Part shown: positions 54,725 to 64,000 of the stretch, piece after piece
Numbering within the stretch: position 1 is the first letter of the stretch
Layout: each line of letters starts with the position of its first letter
NCBI GenBank assembly: GCA_013265495.1
Contig: MU057651.1
Span: forward strand, 1-64,000
Origin: Vicugna vicugna
Taxonomy: Eukaryota
DNA: 64,000 bases
Direction: 5' to 3'
The notes under the pieces: generated by a model
The model's input: the letters and a program-made list of their open reading frames with translations, nothing else
Database searches by the model: none
Told to the model about the DNA's origin: nothing
Translations under genes and position numbers: made by a program

Positions 54725-55900
54725 GTCATCCATCTGATAAGAAACTTGTGTCCGGAATAAGCAAAAAACTCTTACAACTCAACAATAAAAAGACAGCCAA
54801 CCTGATTTATAAATAGGTAAAGGATTTGAATACAGATTTCTCCAAAGAAGATATACAAGTGGCCAATAAGCACATGAAAAGATGCTCAGCATCATTAGCC
54901 AGCAGGCAAATGCAAACCAAGACTACAGTGGGACTCCACTTCATACCCACTAAGATGTCTACAATAAAACAATATAGGCAATGACAAGTGTTGTCAGGAT
55001 GTGGAGAAATTGGAACCCTCATATACTGCTGATGGGATTGTCATATGCCACAGTTACTTAGGAAAACAGTTTGGCAGTTCCTCAGAAAGTTAAAGAGTTA
55101 CCACATGACCCAGCAATTTCCACTTCTAGGTATATACTCAAGAAAACTGAAAACATATTTACATGTAAAAAGTTAACACTGCTGTATAATATATATGAAA
55201 GTTGTTAAGAGAGTAAATTCTAAGAGTTCTCATCACAAGAAGAAAATTTTTTTCTTTATTTGCTTTTTCTTTTTATTGTATCTATATGAAATAATGGGTG
55301 TTAATGATACTTACCGGTAATCATTTCACAATGTATGTAAGTCAAACCATTATGCTGTACACCTTAAACATATACAGTGATGTATGTCAATTATATTTCA
55401 ATTAAACTGGAAAAAATTTTTAATTAAAAAAATTTTATTATTGCTTCTTCCAGCAGAAATGATTAGTGTATCAAATACTACATATGTGTGTTTTCTTGAA
55501 ACCAGAAACAAAACAAAAATATTAAATTAAGAGTACTTCTTCATAAAATGAATCAAAATATTCAAATGAAGTTAAAGCAACTTTGGATTTAATCATTAGC
55601 ATGCTCTGAGGTTATTTACATAATAAACTAAGTCAGAACCATCATTTCTATACTTGTAAATTTTGCATTTTGACTTCTCAATAAAGTTTATTTTAAAAGG
55701 CAAAAAAAGTACACGAGTGTTCAGTATTGATATATGCTACAATGTGGGTGAACCTTGAAAACATTACACTGCATGAAAGAAACTAGACACCACAGGCCAT
55801 ATATTGTGATTCCATTTATGTGAAATGTCTAGAATAGGCAAATCCATAGAGACAGAAAGCAGATCAGTGATTGCCAGCTGCTGGGGAGAAGAGGGAATGG
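54725..55900 (+). mobile_element. L1MB-like 3' half with a nested L1 3' end
   Basis: ttctccaaagaagatatacaagtggccaataagcacatgaaaagatgctc. Confidence 0.8.
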
Positions 55901-57190
55901 GACCAAGAAAAGGCAACATAAGAATATTCAGAAATATGGAGGTAAATACCAGAAGAAACCAAAAATGTTCATGGTAGTTGCCTCTGGAGAGTGGGAATGT
56001 GGAATGATGACAAAGACTGCAGTTTTTAATAATAAATTATTTTACATTATTGGATTTTTAAATTGTTTACATGTATCCACTTGATTAAAAATGAGCTAAA
56101 AACAAAGGACATGTACACAGAGATATTTTGAGGACAAGTTAAAAGAGATTCTGATACACTGGGTCTGAGGTGGGAGCCAGGAATATGCACTTTCAACAAG
56201 ATAGGTGATTCTGATGCAGGTGGTCTGCTAGTAGATAGCAAACTTTGAGAAACATTACTGTATCCAATGTTAAGATCATTTAGCAATGGATTGTAGTATA
56301 ATCCCTCTCTTGCTATGTTCCTTCTGGAGTGGCAAGTTTCAGTTGCTAAAGAATGAAATTACACGCTCAAAGCTATGTATTCGATCAGGGAGAGAACTGG
56401 GCCAAGACTTGAGGCTTCTGACTCGATAATTAACGTATTGAGTTTTTTAAGCTTCTATTATGCATCGTGGTTACCAAAATGAGTAAGATAAATTCTTTGC
56501 TTTGAAAAGGGCAAGTCTAAGGAGCTAATTATAATGCCTGGAAAATACATTACTTAAGATTTTACAAAGCATTTCTCCACATTTCATGTCGGGATTAATA
56601 AAACTATATCATGAGAAGAGAGACCTCCATAGTCTAGGGAACATAGTGGAGTTTAACCTAGGGACTCTGGGGAAATCAAAGGGGCTTTGTTACCTTGAGG
56701 ACTTCAGCTCACCAGCAGTGGGGCCCTTAGGAAGGTACAGAACCCATGAGAAGAGTCACAGTGCCCGAGTCATGGCGTTACCCAGGGGAGAATGGCACCC
56801 ACCTCTCAGCTGTCTGGACTTATTCCTGAACACACGTAAGACCTCCCTCAGCCCTCTCCCAAACATTTGTTGGGGTTCCAGTCCTGCTAGGGCATGGCAG
56901 AGGGTAGGAGCCGGCCCAACACAGCTCACGTACTCAGTACCTCATCTGGTCTTCTCCACAGCCCTGGAAGGCAAGATTTATCCTCAGTTCCCAGATAACA
57001 AGACTGTTCCCTACAGCAATGGATCTGTAATAACTGCCAGGTTGATTCCTCCAGCTTCAAGTCCAAGAGATAATGGGAGTTTTGCACGTCATTTCACACC
57101 CTGACAACTTTGAGAGTCTCCACTGCCTTCATAAACTCACCGAGCCGTTATTTTGATTGCTTGGTACATATTTTCCTATTTTTAAAATCT

Positions 57191-57203
57191 TTTATTGTTT
57201 ATT
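57191..57203 (-). terminator. Probable TCEAL5 polyA signals
   Basis: Two tandem AATAAA on the minus strand ~440 nt after the stop codon. Confidence 0.55.
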
Positions 57204-57638
57204 TTATGACAAATATAATCTGTGTTTTTCAGGGGAAAAGGTACAGATGAAAGGATAATCTCCATTGACATCACAGAGAGAAAACCACTATTTCTTTTAG
57301 TCTAGTCAGTTTCACAGTTTTCCCTGTGCATGGATGTAATATGTAACTTTTTTTTTTCAAGAATGGGATGATGCTATCTACGTGGTTCTGAAAACTGGGT
57401 TTTTTTTATTATTATTTTACAGTGTACCATGAACATCTCTTCCATACACATGGGTGAAAATCCCCTACTGAAACACAGAGAGCACTGTAGTTGGGTCAAA
57501 AGGCTGCTGGTAACAAGAGTGACACCTAAAGCATAGTATCAGCTTAAGGTTAAAGCACATAGTCTGGCAAATGCCTGCCAGGGAAAGCAGGGTCAGCAAT
57601 ATTCTCATCAGAGGAATTAAAATTGAAGGCCAAAGGCA

Positions 57639-58232
57639 CTAAACATATGGAAGGTCTTCCTTCTGGCCCCTACCTCCGCCCCTCATTCCCCTGACACCCC
57701 GTTGCCCCCTTGGGGTGAAGGGATCCTGTACATCTCTTTGCATCCAATGAAAACCACCCATTTTCTGTTTTTTCCTTAGCTCCTCCTGAGCCCGTGACAT
57801 ATCTCCACATTCTCTCATCATCTCCTCACTGCCCAGATGCCTTTCCTGTAAGTCCTCCTGACGGTCCTTGGGGGACTCATCCGTCCCCCGGTCCGTTTTT
57901 CTTTTTGCTTTCCGGGGCACATAATCTTCAGCCGGGCGCTTTTCGGCAGCCCTCAGATGGCTTTCTCGCTTTGCCTGGGATTCAGGCTTGCCCTCACCGT
58001 ATGGTTTTCCCTCATCTTCAGACTTGCCCTGCTTTTCTTGCTTCCCTTCACCATCTGGTGACCCCTCATCTTGTAGCTTTCCCTTGTGCCCTGTCTTCTG
58101 CTTTACTTCTGGCTTTTCTTCATCTGAATTTCCTTTATCTTCTGTATCTACTGCATCCTCTGACTTGCCCTCATTTTCCAGGTTTCCTTCATTTTCTGGC
58201 TTTCCTTCATTTTCTTTATGGACCTTTTCCAT
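57639..58232 (-). CDS. TCEAL5: TCEAL3/5/6-type protein, 197 aa; TCEAL5 by synteny
   Basis: EGK(P/S)E(N/D)-type repeats followed by RAAEKRPAEDYVPRKAKRKTDRGTD...GGFHWMQRDVQDPF...GGGRGQK...PYV. Acceptor tgtctcctAG| with the exon starting at 58259. Adjacent to and co-oriented with TCEAL8. Confidence 0.85.
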   Translation of the reverse strand: MEKVHKENEGKPENEGNLENEGKSEDAVDTEDKGNSDEEKPEVKQKTGHKGKLQDEGSPDGEGKQEKQGKSEDEGKPYGEGKPESQAKRESHLRAAEKRPAEDYVPRKAKRKTDRGTDESPKDRQEDLQERHLGSEEMMRECGDMSRAQEELRKKQKMGGFHWMQRDVQDPFTPRGQRGVRGMRGGGRGQKEDLPYV

Positions 58233-58826
58233 GTTGAGATTTGTCCTCCCTTGCCTGTCCTAGGAGACAAAATGGAGACAAAAGGGACGAGGACTTAGCT
58301 GGTGAAATACAGGTCCTGATGGTACTTGCCATTATGATTTAGGGTTTTCCTCAGCCTGTCCCAACATCCAGGTGCACTCCCGCCCATATGTGTTTTCCTT
58401 TCCTTGCCACGCCACACGTTCACATAAGCCAACGTTGCAGAAACTTCTACAGTTGCTTCTCCCTATGTTTAAGTGGGCTGTGCTGATAAGTATATAAGAG
58501 CAGGTTTGTCTCTAAACTTTGCTCTGGCCTTGGCTATGCCCATATCGGTTTTAACTGGGTAGTCCCCGCTTAGACCCACCCACAAGAATCTGGGCCAGTT
58601 TCTTTTTCCCGTTGCCTACAGTTGCAAGACTTATAGAAGTGCAGATAAAACAGAACAGTGGCCAGTTCTCAGATTTCAGGGATATCCTAATATCTAAGGG
58701 GCTGCACAGAAGCCACACCTCCCATTTTCACTTCCTTGTTCTCCCCTCTGTCCTCCCCAACTTCTGCTCAGGCTTAAGTCACTCCTACACCCAGGGGTCC
58801 TGGGGCAGTTGTCCTCTCCCACTGAC

Positions 58827-58888
58827 CTGCACCGATACTGTAGGTCTTCCTTTTCCTTGTGTGGGTTGTTACCTACAAGCACGAAGAC
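58827..58888 (-). other. TCEAL5 non-coding exon 2 (predicted)
   Basis: Minus strand: tctttctcctgtctctctacAG| ... CAG|GTCAGT. Confidence 0.68.
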
Positions 58889-60178
58889 CTGTAGAGAGAC
58901 AGGAGAAAGATGGTGAATGAGGGCTTGAAAGAAAGAATGGGAACGAAAGAAAGAAAGGCAATGGGAACACTGATTTTCTCAGACTCTAGTTGTCAAAATT
59001 TGCGAACTCCTTCCATCCCCTTGCCCTTTCCCTTGCTTCTCTGATCCCTCTCTACAGCCCCTCCCTAACAAGTCTCCATTCTTCTAACAACTGAGAGATG
59101 GCAGAGAGAGGTTATTTCCAACATGTTTCTATGTTTCTGACTCCTCCATCCAAGTTTCTTTATCTTACTTTTTCTTGTACTAAAATGAGTGAGGTTCAGG
59201 ACAGTGATCCAGCTGTGCTCAAGTCTCTGCCTTCCAAACCCCCAACCCCGGGGCACCCAGATAGCACAGAGAACATCACTTATTCGGAAAATGTGATGTC
59301 AGAGTCAGGGGGCCTGTGCAGAGCATTCCTGCTACCCTCTCCCTCTCCACATATACAGAAAGAGCACATTTTCCTGCAATGCAAAAGACAAATTATTTCC
59401 AAACTCAGTAAAAATTTTGGTCCATGTTACCTCCTCTCAACCCTCCCTAGTTCAGAGGCCACTCCTCGCAATAGGGAGCTGGTCTCCAAACTGAACCCCA
59501 GTTCTCCTCCTCTGTAGCACCTCTCCTCCCCATCTCGCCCCCTTGCAGACACCAATTCCGGCTCCAAAATGAACCAAAGGTGGAGAAGGGATACAGAGAA
59601 TGCAGGCCTGGCCCCTTTGCGAGGGAATCTGCCCTCTCCATCTCGAGCTCACAGGCTGTTCCCTCCTCCCACCGCCCCGCAAGAATCGGGCCATTTCCTC
59701 TCCATCCCCCTCCCCTGGCCTTCTCTCACTGTCGCGGATAACCTGCCTCTTAGGAAATCCCAACTAGTACCCATTGTCAACCCCTGGCCCCTCTTCATCT
59801 CCTCCCACCAAGCTCTCCTTTTCTTGCATCAAATGGATGGTCATCGGGGAAGGGGTAGAGAGAATTCAGTCCTGGACCCGCTCTGGTCTTTGCCCTCTGC
59901 CACCCCCACCTCAGTGGTCCGCAGGCGGCGGTGAGTTTGTAGTGATTTCAGAGAGATGCCTCCTTGTCACATTTGTTGCTGCCATAAGCCAGTACTTATC
60001 CAGGGAAATAAGAGATGGTTCCCAGAGCTCTCCCCCAACATTCACATAATTTTCTGCGCCAAAATGAATGGGGGTGGGAAGAGGGTGGCATCTGGAAAGC
60101 AGAGCGCATCCTGTGTAACCTCTGTCCATTACTACCCCTACCTCTGGTGTCCTCCTCCCCGCTCCAGCTGGTACTGAC

Positions 60179-60430
60179 CTGCAGGGCTATAGGGCAGTTG
60201 CCCCCTCGGTCCCTCAGTCTGAAATCTATCTTCCTCCACGGAAACAGGGAGCTGATACCTGGAGGAGCGGGACTTCTGCATACGTCGGCTCCTGATCACG
60301 TATGGGAAACGTCACCAGTGGGCTCGGGTCTCTAGTTCTCCTCCCACCCGCAGAAAGTGCGTCAGGAGCCAGCCCACTTCTTCCTTTCACTAGCCCCCTT
60401 CCGCCTCGCCGCTCCCCTCCCCTTCCCTCG
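60179..60430 (-). promoter_or_regulatory. TCEAL5 promoter and non-coding exon 1
   Basis: Donor CAG|GTCAGT at 60178. The segment ggacttctgcatacgtcggctcctgatcacgt is homologous to the TCEAL8 promoter. GC-rich. Confidence 0.65.
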
Positions 60431-61399
60431 CCTCTGCGCTTAAAGCCCTGTCACTCTTTTTAGTCTTGGCTAATCCCAGAGGTCACATGTGGCCCCTTGC
60501 CCGCGGTGGTATGTATTTGTTCTTCTGTCTTATCAGGGGTTGCATCTTCTCCTAGGGCTACTGGCCCCATTGGGACATCTCTGAAAAAAATTTTTTCTTT
60601 CTCCCCTTTGATCTCAAAGCACCTACCCCTTTGATCTATTTCTCCACTCAGACACTGATACTCCTTCTGCCTTCCAGATCTTCATGTAATAGGTACAGGG
60701 TGGATTGTCAGGTAAGGAAGCAGGTATTAAAATGGGAATTTTAATTTCCTCTAAATAATTTTTTCAGTTGTATTTAATTGATTGCCCTCAGCATGGGTTA
60801 TTCTTATAAGCAAAAGGTTAAATAAAGCCATTTCCACTTGGGAAGAAGGATGTGTTTAAGATAGAGGAAAAAACCAACAAGATCCCGAAATTCTGAGGGG
60901 AAATTAAGTTCCTAATATTAATTTTTACTATATAGAAAATGGATTTGATTGGGTACATACAAAAGAATTTTTAGTTTTATAAATAGCTGGTTCTGTCATG
61001 TTCTACTGAAAATACATATATTTAACATTCCCAAATAATTGCTGAGTGCTACATGCTCTTGCTGGAATCTGATGGCTAAAGTACTGTGTCAGTCTTGAAA
61101 ATTTGACCCATGGCTATTTTCATTCAGAGGTTTAGCTGGGGGCAAAGGCAACTGAGGATCTGAGGGATGCAGGCATGGTCTGATCTTCCCCGCTCTATCA
61201 GAGGGAAGGAATATGCTGTCACCACCCAGTTTCTGGGTTGGGGCAATTTCATTTGAAATGTGGGATTAGAGTATCCTTTCCAAGTGGATATCCACTAGAG
61301 TTGATGTGATTCATGTTTTTATAACTTCTTGGTATTGTAAGGAGGGTGAGATCCTTGTAGAATTTGAAGGCTGTGTTGGTCCTGGGAGCTTGACTTGCA

Positions 61400-64000
61400 A
61401 ATTTTTAAAAATTATGGTAAATTATCATAACATAAATTTATCCTTTTAACCATTTTTAAGTATACATTTCAGTGGCATTAAGTACATTCATATTATTGTG
61501 CAACCATCACCACCATCCATCTCCAGGACTTTCTTCATCTTCTCAAACTGAAAGTATGTACACATTAAACACTAATTCCTATTCCTGCCTCCCTGCAGCC
61601 CCTTGCAAACACCATTCTGCTTTCTGTCCTTAGGAGTTTGACTACTCTAGATATTTTGTATAAATAAAATGTACAATATTTGTTTTTCTGTCTGTTTTAC
61701 TTCACTTAGCATAATATCTTCAAGAGTCATCCATATTGTCACATGTGTGAGAAATGCATTTTTTCAAAGGCTGAATAATATTCCATTTTATATATATACT
61801 GCATTTTGTTTATCCATTTCTCTGTCAGTTGGGCACTTGGACTTTTTCCACTTTTTTCCAGTTTTATTGAGAAATAATTGACATAGTAGTCATAACTGAT
61901 TATAATCTGTAGATTACTGTGTATATACACATAAAAGTTATGTGACTTAATTTATCGCTGTCTAAGTTTAAGGTATACAGCATGGTGGTTTGATTTACAT
62001 ATATTGTAAAATGATAATCACAGTAGGTTTAGTTAACATCTATTATCTCATATAGATACAATAAAAAGAAAAGATGAATTTCCTTGTGATGAGATCTCTC
62101 AGAATCTACTCTCTTAACAACTTTCCTATATGTCACACCACAGTGGTAACTGTAGTCACCATGCTGTACATTACATCCCCATAACTTATTTATTTTGTAA
62201 CTGCAAGTTTATACCTTTTGACTACCTTTCTCCAGTTCCCCCTTCCACTTCCTCTCATCTCTGGTAACCACAAATCTGATCTCTTTTTCTATGAATTTGA
62301 TGGGGTTTGGGGGGGATTTGGATGTTGGGTTTTTTTAAGAGTCCACATATAAGTGAGATTATATAGTATTTGTCTTTCTCTGTCTGGTATGTTTCACTTA
62401 GCATAATGCCTTCAGGGTCCATCCATGGTGTCAAAAATAGTAGGATTCCCTTGTTTTTGTGGCTGAATAATATTCACATATATATCACTTTTTATCACTT
62501 CACCCATCAATGGACACTTAGGTAGTTTTCATGTCTTGGCTATAGTAAATAATGCTGCTTCGAACATGGGGGTGAAGATATCTCTTTGACTTAATGTTTT
62601 CATTTCTTTTGGATATGTACCCAGAAGTGGAGTTGCTGGATCATATGGTAGTCCTCTTTTTAATTTTTTGAGGGACCTCCATACTGTTTTCTATACTGGC
62701 TGTAACAATTTACAACCCCACCAACAGTGCACAAGGACTCCCTTTTCTTCACATCCATGCCAGCATTTGTTATTGCTTGTCTTTCTGATAATGACCATTC
62801 TAATAGGCATAACGTGATATCTCACTGTGCTTTTGATTTGCATTTCCCTAATGACCAGTGATGTTGAATATCTTTTCATGTACCTGTTAGCCATTTGTAT
62901 ATCATCTTCTCCACCTTTTGCATCTTGTAAGTAATGCTGCTATGAACATGGGTGTATGAATATCCTTACTTCCCATATATCCTGGACTGGGCACTGCAGA
63001 AGCCTCCAGTCAGGAACATCCAACACTCATGGATAAGAAAAGCTCCAAGAAAACTCTATTCCCCTTACCAAGGACTAAGAAAATGATTATCTAAGAAAAG
63101 ATAAAACATTTTTGGCAGTAACTACCATATGCTAGAAAAATGCCAAAGGAAAAACTAACTCCCAATCCCACAGTTTCAAGGGGGGTAGGGCAGAGGGGTG
63201 ATTTTCCACTTCATTCCACTTCCTACCATGTGGAAGCAGGTGGTGGCTACCTGATTCTCCAGCCCACATACTCTCTCCAGAGTAGTGTCAGACAGGTCCA
63301 GTGGTGAGCTGAGTCTCTATTTCTACCCAACAGGACCAAATTGACATCCAAGTCATCCATTTTTTTTCTGTTACCTGTGCTTTTGGTGATATATCTAAGA
63401 AATCATTGCCAAATCCAATGTTATAAAGGGTTCCCCTTATGTTTTCCTCTAAAAGTTCTATAGTTTTAGATCCGATCATTAGATCTTTATTCTATCTTGA
63501 GTTAATTTTTGTATAGGGTATAAGGTAAGGGTAAAACTTCATTCTTTTGCATTGAATACTCAGTTTTCTCAGCACCATTAGTTGAAGAAACTTTCCTTTC
63601 CCCATTGAATGGTCTTGGCAGGCTTGTCAAAATCCATTTGACTTATATGTAAGAGTTATTTTGGGGCTCTCTATTCTATTCCATTGGTCCATTTGTCTGT
63701 CATTATGCCAGTACTATACTGTTTGATTACTGTAGATTTGTAGTAAATTTTGAAATCAGGAAGTGTGAGTCCTTCTAATTTGTTCTTCAATTTCAAGGTT
63801 GATTTAGCTATTTAGGGTCCCTTGAGAGTTCATATGAATTTTTAGATAGATTTTTCTGTACCTGAGTAAAACATCATTGGGAATTTGATAGGGATTGCAT
63901 TGAATCTCTAAATCGCTTTAGCTAGTTTTGACATCTTAACAATATTATCTTCCATGAACACAAGATGTCTTTCCATTCATTTGTGTCTTCTTTAATTTCT
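61400..64000 (-). mobile_element. Cluster of nested antisense L1 fragments, running off the window end
   Basis: L1 3'UTR and ORF2 remnants (MANRYMKRYSTSLVIREMQIK; IELLEENIRGTL). Confidence 0.85.

Overview
Eutherian genomic DNA, not prokaryotic. Four copies of a tRNA-derived SINE resembling camelid vic-1 suggest a camel/alpaca/llama-type genome. The window covers part of the X-linked BEX/TCEAL cluster in the order known from human: BEX4 (+), TCEAL8 (-), TCEAL5 (-). Each gene has a CpG-rich promoter, two small non-coding exons and one coding exon. The most unusual feature is at the BEX4 locus. A complete BEX1/BEX2-type coding exon (128 aa, 21074-21460) lies immediately upstream of the BEX4 coding exon (120 aa, 21699-22061). 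Both sit behind a perfect 61-bp duplicated splice-acceptor/start-codon module and share one promoter and one canonical polyA signal, which predicts a two-protein locus (alternative acceptors and/or a bicistronic mRNA). Also present: a decayed intronless GMPR processed pseudogene, a CpG-rich probable retroposed UTR, a degenerate ~114-bp tandem array, possible remnants of a decayed multi-exon gene, and many L1, L2, LTR, DNA-transposon and microsatellite repeats. Family names, orthologue comparisons and old-repeat boundaries come from recognition and memory, not from database searches.
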